Source: an uncultured Woeseiaceae bacterium
GTDB lineage: Bacteria > Pseudomonadota > Gammaproteobacteria > Steroidobacterales > Woeseiaceae
DNA length: 64,000 nt
Direction: 5' to 3'
Assembly: GCA_964403695.1 (NCBI GenBank)
Contig: CAYOHF010000001.1
Location: 38,181 to 102,180, forward strand
In this document: in pieces, positions 54,846-63,578 of the stretch
Layout: the number at the start of each line of letters is the position of its first letter
Position numbering within the stretch: position 1 is the stretch's first letter
Translations under genes and position numbers: made by a program
Notes under the pieces: model-generated
Told to the model about the DNA's origin: nothing
The model's input: only the letters and a program-made list of their open reading frames with translations
Databases searched by the model: none

Positions 54846-57397
54846 CGACGGCGTTCCTCGACCAGGTCAATAAATTGCGCAGGACCTATGCGCATTGCCG
54901 CACCGGTGGGGCATGCGGATACACAGGCCGGGCCACCTTTTTGCCCCACGCAGGCGTCGCACTTGGTGGCCTTCTTGCCTTTCTTTTTCGCCGCGTCTGA
55001 TACCTCGTAGTCGTCCTCCTGGCCAGGTCCGCTGCCGCTGCCAAACATCAGCCAACTGAACAAACCGGGTTTTGCCGGGGCGTCATAATTAAGGCTGATT
55101 ACCTTGTATGGACAATTGGCAACGCAGTTGCCGCAGCCGATGCAGGAGTCGTTGATATAAACCTCGCCACTCTCAGCCCTGCGAATGGCATTCGGCGGGC
55201 AGTCCTTCATGCAGTGCGGTTGCTCACAATGCCGGCAGGAAATTGGTATGTGCACTTCAGCTAACGTTGGGCCCTCTTTTCGGTTAAGCCTCGATATGCC
55301 GGCATGCGTTTCTGCACAGGCTTTTTCACAATTGTCACAACCAATACACAGTGACTCGTCAATGACGAGCACGTTGGTCGCCTCACCGAGACCCTCTGCC
55401 ATCAGGAATTCCATGACCAATCCCGATTCGGGTCGGACCGCCATGCGTGCTTTGTCAGTCACATTCTGGCTGACCGTTTCCTGGAGAACCTTTATCTGGC
55501 CCTCGTCCTTGCGCACCAACTCGATGAACTCCGGACGATTGACCTCAATAGTTTCGACGGCGACAGTCGCCCTGGCGGATTCGCGCCGGGTCGGATCACC
55601 CATGAGCGCCATGTCACCAATGCGCCGACCGCCGCGTACTTCACCAACCAGCACCGCTTCGCCATCGACCATGCGGGAGAGGGCGACACCGCCGGAGCGA
55701 ATGATGTGCAGGCTGTCACCTTGTTCACCTTCAGTGAAAATGATGTCGCCAGCCTTGAAACTGCAAACCTGCACCCGCGAACTGATGTTACGAAGTTCGG
55801 CAACGTTAGCGCGCGGGGCAAATTGTGCCTGCAACTCGCGGACCACAAATATCCACTCAATGCCTTCACGAACTGTATCGTTGGAGTTCATCAGTTTCAG
55901 CATCGTGCGGCGTGGGGACTCAACGACGATGCAACTTGCGCCGGCAACCGCCCGCTCCAGGCGTGGTCGCCCGGACAACAAACTCATCTCGCCGAAGAAT
56001 TCGCCACGCGACAGAGTTGTTTTATCAATGACACCAGCACCGTCTATGTCCCGTTCGAGAGAGACTTCGCCATCGACAATCGTGAAAAATGAGGTGCCGA
56101 ACTCGCCTTCCTCGTAAATTACATCGCCTTCGCGAATTACACGAGTCGTACGTGGCGGTTTGGTATTGGCGGCGAATTTTTCGGCAAGCAGATCGGCTTT
56201 TTTTCTTGCTTCCCCATACTCCGCACCATCGGGGTAGGAAACAATGATGTTGCTTTCGATAACCAGTTCCCTGAAGGCGAGAGCATTCAGCTCACCAAAC
56301 ATGGGTATGAGGCTTTGGAAGCGCTCGATCAGGTCGTCGACCTCGCGCTCATATGGCAAACCGTGAAACTGGTATTCGAGCAGCGGATGATCGGCTGGTT
56401 GTATGAAGTTGCCACCAATGAACTCGACCACGTCGTAGCCCTGGTTCATTGCCTGCTTGATCAGCGGATAACCGGCCAGTGAACCGATGATGTAAATACC
56501 GGGGCAATTGCTCTCGTAATGTCGTGACAGTTGCGGAATCGCATCGCGCTTGTTGCTGGGGAATTCCACGCCGATAGATTCAACAAATTTTCTCGGCGGG
56601 ATTGCGCCCAGTCGTGCAATGATCCGGTCGCAAGGCTGCTCGATCTCGCCCTCAGGCGTATCCAGTGTCGCAAGCAAAGCGTGTTCCGCACCATCGGTCT
56701 GTACGACCGATTTGATCGAAGTGGAATAGTGGCACTCGAGCCGTTCGTCGGGATTGCTGATAGCGGCAAGAATAGCGTTCAGGTTGCCCTCTTTTGCCCG
56801 GCTGAACTCATCGCGCCGGTTAAGGATCCAGACCTGGTTTTGCTCTGCCAGCGCAAGGGCATTTTCGATCGCCGCGTCACCGGCACCGACGACCAGAACC
56901 TTTTCTTCGTCATATTCTTTCGGGTCATCAAGCTGGTATTGCACCCGCGGCAAGTCCTGACCTTCGACGCCAAGCTTGCGCGGGTTTCCTTCCAGCCCGA
57001 TAGCCAGGACGACGGACTCTGCCACGATAGTAGAACCGTCAGTCAGCGCGATACTGAAATTGCCTTTGTCGCCCGTTATGCTTTTGACTTCTGCGCCAAA
57101 GCGAATATTGGCGCCGGTCTTTTGCAAATCCTCCTGCCATTGGCCGAGAATCTGTTCACGAGCACCGGCAGAAAAACGCATGTCGCTGCGCAGATCAAGA
57201 AAGCCAGGTTCGGCCATGACGTGCTTGCCTTTCTGGTATCGTTGCACGGTCTTGGCATGCACACCGAAACCTTCAAGGAGGATATGTGAAGGAGAGGCTG
57301 CGCCGGACTCAGCATCCAGTCGGGCAGCACGGCCTGCGGCACTCAGACCAGCCGGACCCGCACCAATAATGGCGATGCGATAGCTATCCGTCGCCAT
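54842..57397 (-). CDS. FAD/NAD(P)-binding oxidoreductase fused to two cyclic-nucleotide-binding domains and a C-terminal 4Fe-4S poly-ferredoxin
   Basis: Dinucleotide folds IAIIGAGPAGLSAA and VLVVGAGDAAIENA. Two cNMP-binding patterns (FFGEMSLLSGRPRLERAVA; IGDMALMGDPTRRESARA). Cys clusters CIGCDNCEKAC, CRHCEQPHCMKDCP, CIGCGNCVANCP and CDAC...CVSACP. No signal peptide. Confidence 0.85.
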   Translation of the reverse strand: MATDSYRIAIIGAGPAGLSAAGRAARLDAESGAASPSHILLEGFGVHAKTVQRYQKGKHVMAEPGFLDLRSDMRFSAGAREQILGQWQEDLQKTGANIRFGAEVKSITGDKGNFSIALTDGSTIVAESVVLAIGLEGNPRKLGVEGQDLPRVQYQLDDPKEYDEEKVLVVGAGDAAIENALALAEQNQVWILNRRDEFSRAKEGNLNAILAAISNPDERLECHYSTSIKSVVQTDGAEHALLATLDTPEGEIEQPCDRIIARLGAIPPRKFVESIGVEFPSNKRDAIPQLSRHYESNCPGIYIIGSLAGYPLIKQAMNQGYDVVEFIGGNFIQPADHPLLEYQFHGLPYEREVDDLIERFQSLIPMFGELNALAFRELVIESNIIVSYPDGAEYGEARKKADLLAEKFAANTKPPRTTRVIREGDVIYEEGEFGTSFFTIVDGEVSLERDIDGAGVIDKTTLSRGEFFGEMSLLSGRPRLERAVAGASCIVVESPRRTMLKLMNSNDTVREGIEWIFVVRELQAQFAPRANVAELRNISSRVQVCSFKAGDIIFTEGEQGDSLHIIRSGGVALSRMVDGEAVLVGEVRGGRRIGDMALMGDPTRRESARATVAVETIEVNRPEFIELVRKDEGQIKVLQETVSQNVTDKARMAVRPESGLVMEFLMAEGLGEATNVLVIDESLCIGCDNCEKACAETHAGISRLNRKEGPTLAEVHIPISCRHCEQPHCMKDCPPNAIRRAESGEVYINDSCIGCGNCVANCPYKVISLNYDAPAKPGLFSWLMFGSGSGPGQEDDYEVSDAAKKKGKKATKCDACVGQKGGPACVSACPTGAAMRIGPAQFIDLVEERRR

Positions 57398-57444
57398 CAG
57401 CTAATCCGTTTAGCATTGCCCGACCCCCCCCAGGACCACCTAAT

Positions 57445-58968
57445 CTAGAATTGGCCGCGTAGTCCCACCGAGAAAGTACTGCTGGACATGTGATCGCTAC
57501 CAACCAGGAAATCGAATACGCCATAGAGCTGAATTCGTTGTGAAAACACTGCTGCCAGGCCTACGCCGACCAAGCCAAAGTCGGTATCTATATTGTCACT
57601 GGTCGCCTGGAAGCAGGAGAAACACTGCGCCGTATCGAGGCTGAAAAATCCCGGGCCCGCAGCACCGACGAGGCCCTGATTGGCCAGCAGTTCTTCAACA
57701 GAATACTTGGCGATCAATTTCTGCGGATCGTCGCGGAACTCATGATGCCACTCAGCGCGAAACTGCGGGCTGAGGATGCCGAAACTCTTGCTGAATGCCC
57801 GACTAAATGAAACACCCAGGATAGACTTGAATGAATCCACTGTCTGGTCCGCATAACTCAGGGTCAGGCCGCCACCGGCAGGATCAACCTCAGTGTAGCC
57901 ATCGATGCCAATATCACGGTAGGAGAGGCTGAGTGACGTGGTGATATCCCAGTTGCTCTTGTTCACGTCGTATCCAACGGTCGCGCCGCCGGAAAAGAAA
58001 TCACCGCTTGTGCTGCCTAAAAGCCTCGCGTCAACGCCGGGGCAGGGCGTTGCGATCGGGCATGTATTGGCCGAGGTGTAAAACGCGCTACGATCGGTGT
58101 CACTGTCAAGGCTGCCAAACGACAGGATGCCGTCGAAGTACCAGTTGCCGCTATAAAAAGCGCCGAAAAGCGAACCGCTGGTGCTGTCAACATCGACGCC
58201 GCCACCATTAACATTCACGTTGGTGTCAAACTCCGCTTCGTAATTGTCGGTGCCGATTGATACGCCGATGACACCGGAATTCAGCATGTAATCCAGGCCA
58301 AGGGTGACACTGGTGGCGTCGAAATCGAAGCCGTCTTCGGCATCTGTCTGGTCACGATCACCGGTATTGAAACTGCCTTCGACGAACCAGCCGAGCCGAC
58401 TGCCGGCGACTTCATAGTCACCTGCCGCGCCACCGCCGCTGAGTGATACCTGGTTGTAAGTTGGTGAGTTTTTATCTGGATTGTCGTAGGGGTCAGAGTA
58501 GGCAACACGCCCACCGGCGCCCGCGCTGGTGCCGCCCAAGCGCAACGCGTTCAGCCGGCCTGCAATATTCGAGAACTGCGCATTGGTCACGCGCGTCGAC
58601 ATCGTGCTCTGGCTGAACAGTTCTTCACCGGCGACGTTTTGTACTGCTGAAAGAAGCTCCGGGCTGCTGAGACCGAGGTCGCGTGGTGGTCGATTGCCGG
58701 TAGGGTCTGTTTGCAATGCAACTGCGGTCTGTACCATTTCATTGCAGCGCAGGAACAGGTCGCCTTCCTGACCTTCCAGCGCAAAGCCGCCCTGGCCGGC
58801 AAGCGTTCCACAGGCCCGCTGCACAGCGTTGCCCGTCTGTATCTGAATGTCCGTAGCGCCGTTAGCCGGATCGTTGACGAAGTCCGCCAGGTTTTGAGAA
58901 TACGCTTGTGTCGCGAACATCGCGCAGCAAGAACCCATTATGAAACGGCCTGCCGTTATTATTTTCAT
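57445..58968 (-). CDS. autotransporter-type outer-membrane beta-barrel protein with a short passenger
   Basis: Signal peptide (...CAMFATQAYS), a passenger of about 150 aa, then an autotransporter beta-domain pattern (RLNALRLGG..., GWFVEGSFNTGDRD, ...TLGLDY). The C-terminus is FSVGLRGQF. Confidence 0.7.
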   Translation of the reverse strand: MKIITAGRFIMGSCCAMFATQAYSQNLADFVNDPANGATDIQIQTGNAVQRACGTLAGQGGFALEGQEGDLFLRCNEMVQTAVALQTDPTGNRPPRDLGLSSPELLSAVQNVAGEELFSQSTMSTRVTNAQFSNIAGRLNALRLGGTSAGAGGRVAYSDPYDNPDKNSPTYNQVSLSGGGAAGDYEVAGSRLGWFVEGSFNTGDRDQTDAEDGFDFDATSVTLGLDYMLNSGVIGVSIGTDNYEAEFDTNVNVNGGGVDVDSTSGSLFGAFYSGNWYFDGILSFGSLDSDTDRSAFYTSANTCPIATPCPGVDARLLGSTSGDFFSGGATVGYDVNKSNWDITTSLSLSYRDIGIDGYTEVDPAGGGLTLSYADQTVDSFKSILGVSFSRAFSKSFGILSPQFRAEWHHEFRDDPQKLIAKYSVEELLANQGLVGAAGPGFFSLDTAQCFSCFQATSDNIDTDFGLVGVGLAAVFSQRIQLYGVFDFLVGSDHMSSSTFSVGLRGQF

Positions 58969-59099
58969 TGCCCCTACACCCCTGATTTTCTAATTATTAT
59001 TCGAGTCAGTTACTTGCGCGTTTGTGTTGCAAGTACTGCAAATTTCTTATTCCTGGGCCTGGCTATCTGCAACCCCCGATCAACTACCGCTATTTCTTT

Positions 59100-61838
59100 T
59101 TATACGCTGTCCTGTGCGGTTGATGCCCGTGCAACCATCAATGGTTTCTGCACGGGAACAAAGAAGAAATCTCCGCCCCTGTGCCCGGCATCCTGTAGTG
59201 AAGTATATGACGGCGTTACGCGGTCCGGGTTTTCGGCTTTTTCGCGAACCCGCGATCCCAGCTCATATGAAAGCATCTCACCGCTAAGAACGTTCTCATT
59301 CTGCCGTAATATTTCCATGAAATATTTCGCGAACAGGGAATGTGTACGATCGCCGTTCTCGTCGCTAACTGGCACATTTGCGCCTGACGTTAGCACAACC
59401 CGGGATTTCAAGCTGGCCATCTGCTTGAAAATATTTGGATCCACACCCCGACCAAGTGCCGCCGACTTCGGCTGCACGCGTCGTCGTGAAAAACACGAGT
59501 CGGTCACGACGAGAATACGTTGCGCATCGATTTGTTTGATCTTGTCGCTGATATGCTCCGACAATAACCACGTATTACGCAGCTCGGGATCAGCATCAAC
59601 GCCCAGCCAGTAGGCGCGATCCGGCGGGCCGTCCGGCGTACTGCCGCGACCTGCGTAATAGACCATCAAATTGTCTTCGTCTGTCAGCGTATTGGAGTAG
59701 TCGTGCAGAGCTCGCATGATCATATCGTCAGTGGCGTCAGTTAATACCTGCACTTTAAAGCCGTAACGCGTGACCAGCAGTTTTTCAATGTCACGCACAT
59801 CGCGAATCGGTGTGCTTAGCCGCGGCATATTGACGTATGCCTCATTCGCAATCAGCAAAGCGTGAAAGCCTCCGAGGTTCGGATCTTCTTCCGCCGATTG
59901 CGCCATGCGCAGAACCGAAAGGGCCTTTGGCACTTCGATCGCCACCGTTGCTGTCTCACCTGCTTCGCTCTTAAGCGCGGCCAGGCTCGCAGCACCCTCA
60001 TCCGCCTGCTTTTCCAGCGCTGCAATTTGCAGGTTTTGCAAATTAATCGTGCTTTCGGCGGTGGCGACCTTGGCACGTAGCAATTCGAGCTCAGACTCGC
60101 TCGCATTGCTGGCAACGGCCATTTGCTCCTGAAGCTCAATCTGATCCCGCAGCAGCCCGGACTCAAGTGCGGATTTTTCTGCACCGGCATCCTCCAGTGC
60201 GCCGCGCAGGTTGACGGCTTTCTGCCTGGCCATCGCCAGGCTTGCCTGCATGCGCGCATTGCTCAGGTCGGACTGTTGCGCCTGGGCGCTTTGCTGCGAC
60301 TCGAGTTCGTTTACCCGCGCTCTGAGCTGCTCGGACTCGATTGCGAGTACGTCAATTTCACGCTTGCGGGCACCTAATTGGCTATCTTTGTTCGTCAGGC
60401 GCTGTTTCGATTCAGCATACAAAGTGTTGAGCTCTTGCTTGTCAGCAGAGTAATCCTGCTTGAGGCGCCCCTGATCGTTTTGCAATGCGGCGACGTCGTT
60501 GTCGTAGCGCACTTGCAATACAGACAATTCCTGTCGCAGACCGTCTGCTACCGCCGTGCTTTGCGAGCTGGCGAGCTGGCTTTTCATGTTGATCAGCTGT
60601 GCTTCAAGACTGGTGACGCGAGCTGTCCCGGATGCGAGCTCCGCTTCTTGCACAGTAATATAAGCGGCAGCGTCAGACTCTGAACGGGAGCGGGCCAACA
60701 GCATGCGTTCTCTTTGTGCAGCTACCTGGTCAGATTCCTCGCGAAAGGCGAGTTGCAGATCGCGAATTTCTTTGTTGGCGTGGATAAGCCGATTCTCGGC
60801 TTCGGCCAACTGCACAGTGACTGAGTTAGCATCCTGCTCGGCAAGCTCTGTTCTAGCGAGTAGCTCGCGTAACTCCATTTGAGTTGCCTGTCCTCCGGCC
60901 AGCTGCAAGGCAAGTGAAGAATCGGCAGTATTACGCTCGCGTTCCAGGTCGAGGATTGTTGCCTGGCTATGCTTAAGTTGCTGCGTAACGCTGGCCAGTT
61001 GTCCTTCAAGCTGCGTAATTTGCGGTGAGGATGCATTGGCCACACCGCGTTTTGCTTCTTCAAGGTCGGCGACCAGCCCGGTAATTTGCAGGTCTTGTTG
61101 ACGAGCGCTATTGCGGGCGGCGGTTAATCTTGCCTGCGTATCCATGAGCTCCAGCTGTGAATCAGCCAAAGCGCTATTTGCAGCATTGAGTTGAGTGGCG
61201 AGATTTGCCGCGAGAGCGTTCGCGTCGTCGATCTTGTAAGAATAGTCCAGAGCATCGCCAAGGCCGGACGCCTCACGTTGCAAATTCAACGCCTTTAAGG
61301 CGTCCTGCTCAACGCCAAGACCACGTTCATATAAATAGCCCAGTTCCTGCTTGGCCTCCGCATAGCCCTGGTCCGCAGCCAGTTGGTACCAACTCGCAGC
61401 CTCCGGGTAGTCGATGTCGACGTTATCCATGCCGTTGGCGTAGATACGCGCAACGTAATACTGGGCTTCGGCATCGCCGTCTTTGGCCGGCACCATCCAG
61501 CGCTGCAAGGACAATGTACCGCTGGCCAGATCACCGAGGGTGTATTCGCCACCACGTGTTCGACAGACAATAGCGGATGCTCTAATCAACCGGCCTGGTG
61601 TCAGGTAGTTGCGAGTGCCACCGAGTCTGCGCAATTTTCCCGGCAACTGACAATCGACGACAATCGCATCTTCCATGTTGGCAGCGGCGATGCGAATTCT
61701 CTCTTCAGTTTCTTCGCTTTCCTGTGCGCTTGCACACACGACCACCAGGCCAAAGCCCAATGCAACCATCGCGCTTCGCTGCCGTAGTTTCGAATACTTG
61801 GTCATCAAATTCATAGCATTATATTCCTGCCAACTCAT
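59100..61838 (-). CDS. secreted Sel1-repeat / long coiled-coil / caspase-like (peptidase C14) domain protein
   Basis: Signal peptide. Sel1 repeats (AEAQYYVARIYANG...; AASWYQLAADQGYAEAKQELGYLYERGLGV). About 480 aa are Q/A/L/E-rich heptad-like coiled coil. The C-terminal caspase-like fold reads FHALLIANEAY...P..D....L....GF.V..L.D.T...MVYYAGRGS....AYWLGVDAD...ILVVTDSCFS. Confidence 0.75.
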   Translation of the reverse strand: MSWQEYNAMNLMTKYSKLRQRSAMVALGFGLVVVCASAQESEETEERIRIAAANMEDAIVVDCQLPGKLRRLGGTRNYLTPGRLIRASAIVCRTRGGEYTLGDLASGTLSLQRWMVPAKDGDAEAQYYVARIYANGMDNVDIDYPEAASWYQLAADQGYAEAKQELGYLYERGLGVEQDALKALNLQREASGLGDALDYSYKIDDANALAANLATQLNAANSALADSQLELMDTQARLTAARNSARQQDLQITGLVADLEEAKRGVANASSPQITQLEGQLASVTQQLKHSQATILDLERERNTADSSLALQLAGGQATQMELRELLARTELAEQDANSVTVQLAEAENRLIHANKEIRDLQLAFREESDQVAAQRERMLLARSRSESDAAAYITVQEAELASGTARVTSLEAQLINMKSQLASSQSTAVADGLRQELSVLQVRYDNDVAALQNDQGRLKQDYSADKQELNTLYAESKQRLTNKDSQLGARKREIDVLAIESEQLRARVNELESQQSAQAQQSDLSNARMQASLAMARQKAVNLRGALEDAGAEKSALESGLLRDQIELQEQMAVASNASESELELLRAKVATAESTINLQNLQIAALEKQADEGAASLAALKSEAGETATVAIEVPKALSVLRMAQSAEEDPNLGGFHALLIANEAYVNMPRLSTPIRDVRDIEKLLVTRYGFKVQVLTDATDDMIMRALHDYSNTLTDEDNLMVYYAGRGSTPDGPPDRAYWLGVDADPELRNTWLLSEHISDKIKQIDAQRILVVTDSCFSRRRVQPKSAALGRGVDPNIFKQMASLKSRVVLTSGANVPVSDENGDRTHSLFAKYFMEILRQNENVLSGEMLSYELGSRVREKAENPDRVTPSYTSLQDAGHRGGDFFFVPVQKPLMVARASTAQDSV

Positions 61839-61866
61839 TGTGCCGCGTGTCTGTTAAAGCCGGGCT

Positions 61867-63228
61867 TCAGACTACTCCTTGTGCTGCCATCGCGTTGGCT
61901 ACTTTGACAAAACCAGCGATATTGGCGCCTTTCACGTAATTCACATAGCTGTCATCACCGTCAACTACTCCGTGCTCAGCACATCGATCATGGATCTTCT
62001 GCATGATCTCGCGCAGGAGCCGCTGTAATTCGTCTTCGCTCCAGGTGATTCTTGCTGAATTCTGGCTCATTTCGAGACCAGAAACAGCGACACCGCCCGC
62101 ATTTGCGGCTTTACCCGGCGCAAAAAGGACTCGCGCCTCCAGAATGTGTTCCATGGCTTCGGCACTGGTCGGCATATTCGCGCCTTCAGCGACGCCGCGA
62201 AGCCCGTTACCGATAAGCGTTCTGGCGTCGCTAATATCCAGTTCATTCTGTGTTGCACAAGGAAAGGCAAAATCGCAGGGGACAACCCAGGGTTTGGAGC
62301 CATCGCCATGAAATTCTGCGCCAAACTTGTCGGCATATTCGGAAATTCGTCCGCGACGGCCCGCTTTTAATTCCTTGATGAAGGCAAGCTTTTCTTCGTC
62401 AATGCCGTCCTTGTCGTAAATGAATCCGGATGAATCGCTTGCGGTAACCGGCTTGCCATGCAAATGCAGGATTTTTTCAATCGCGTGCTGCGCGACGTTT
62501 CCGGATCCGGATACCACGCAGGTTGAACCTTCGAGATCCTGACCGATGCGATCCAGCATCGACTCCATAAAATACACAGCGCCGTATCCGGTTGCCTCGA
62601 CGCGAATAGGGCTGCCGCCGAATTCCATCCCTTTGCCGGTCAAAATACCAACAAAGCGATTAGTAATCCTTTTGAACTGGCCGAACATGTAGCCAATTTC
62701 CCTGCCGCTCACGCCAATGTCGCCGGCCGGTACGTCAGTATCCTCGCCAACGTGACGGTATAGCTCGTTCATGAACGACTGGCAAAAACGCATGACCTCG
62801 AACTCGCTTTTGCCCTTGGGATTGAAATTGGAGCCGCCTTTGCCGCCGCCCATGGGCAGGCCGGTCAAAGCGTTCTTAAAGGTTTGCTCGAAGGCGAGGA
62901 ACTTGAGGACGCTTTGATTGACCGACGGATGAAAGCGCAGCCCGCCCTTGAACGGTCCTATAGAGTTGTTGTGTTGCACGCGATAACCGCGATTGACGCG
63001 AATATGACCCGCGTCGTCCTGCCAGGTCACTCTGAACGAGATCACACGTTCCGGTTCAGATATGCGCTCGAGCAACTGCAGTTCATTAAAGTGAGGATTC
63101 TGCTCGATGAATGGCAATACATCCGCCGCAACTTCTCGCACTGCTTGTATAAACTCAGGCTGGCCGGGATTGCGTTTTTCGACGCCAGCAACGAACTCGA
63201 TAAGACTGGGAACCTTTTCTCGTGACAT
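61867..63228 (-). CDS. gdhA: NADP-specific glutamate dehydrogenase
   Basis: GPFKGGLRFHPSVN..VLKFLAFEQTFKNALTGLPMGGGKGGSNF is the Glu/Leu/Phe/Val dehydrogenase active-site region. 453 aa, full length. Confidence 0.95.
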   Translation of the reverse strand: MSREKVPSLIEFVAGVEKRNPGQPEFIQAVREVAADVLPFIEQNPHFNELQLLERISEPERVISFRVTWQDDAGHIRVNRGYRVQHNNSIGPFKGGLRFHPSVNQSVLKFLAFEQTFKNALTGLPMGGGKGGSNFNPKGKSEFEVMRFCQSFMNELYRHVGEDTDVPAGDIGVSGREIGYMFGQFKRITNRFVGILTGKGMEFGGSPIRVEATGYGAVYFMESMLDRIGQDLEGSTCVVSGSGNVAQHAIEKILHLHGKPVTASDSSGFIYDKDGIDEEKLAFIKELKAGRRGRISEYADKFGAEFHGDGSKPWVVPCDFAFPCATQNELDISDARTLIGNGLRGVAEGANMPTSAEAMEHILEARVLFAPGKAANAGGVAVSGLEMSQNSARITWSEDELQRLLREIMQKIHDRCAEHGVVDGDDSYVNYVKGANIAGFVKVANAMAAQGVV

Positions 63229-63578
63229 GGGTGCGGTATCCTTTGCGCAGATTTCGTTATTATTATTATCTAAAGATCAGCAGACCTTCGCTTGTAGCTG
63301 TCAGCAATGTTTTTGCCTTACGCAAATGGGCTGGTTTTCCACTGCATGTGTGGACATGCCATGAATGCGGACCGGCTTGAGATTTATAGTTTTTTTAAGT
63401 TTGTCTCAAGCAGCCGAGAGCGGTGTCAGGTCGCGCCGTAGCTGACCCCTAAGATTAGTATTTCGGCGTCAAATTGCAAGGGCTTCAGCTATTTAGCCCT
63501 ATTCTGGCGTGTTTTTCGGCGATTTTGCCACGATGCCCGTGTTTTTGCGCATTTGTAGTCGCTCGATCAGTCATCCGG

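Noticed and set aside
55185-56117. 310-aa plus-strand ORF
   Set aside because: It is antisense to the FAD/cNMP/FeS oxidoreductase gene, which has many recognisable motifs. The ORF product is Ser/Arg/Thr-rich with no motifs.
59027-59041. Short inverted repeat TTGCA-N5-TGCAA upstream of the autotransporter-type gene as a regulator site
   Set aside because: The half-sites are only 5 bp and match no consensus I can name (not FNR TTGAT-N4-ATCAA, not CRP). It is too likely to occur by chance.
58969-59099. Sigma-54 promoter upstream of the cluster (GG ... TTGCA)
   Set aside because: On the minus strand, the GG and GC elements in caggaataagaaatttgcag are separated by 12 nt rather than the required 10.
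58711-59613. 300-aa plus-strand ORF spanning the 58969-59099 intergenic region
   Set aside because: It overlaps the 5' end of the autotransporter-type gene and the 3' end of the Sel1/caspase-like gene on the opposite strand. It has no motif content and is most likely a chance open frame.
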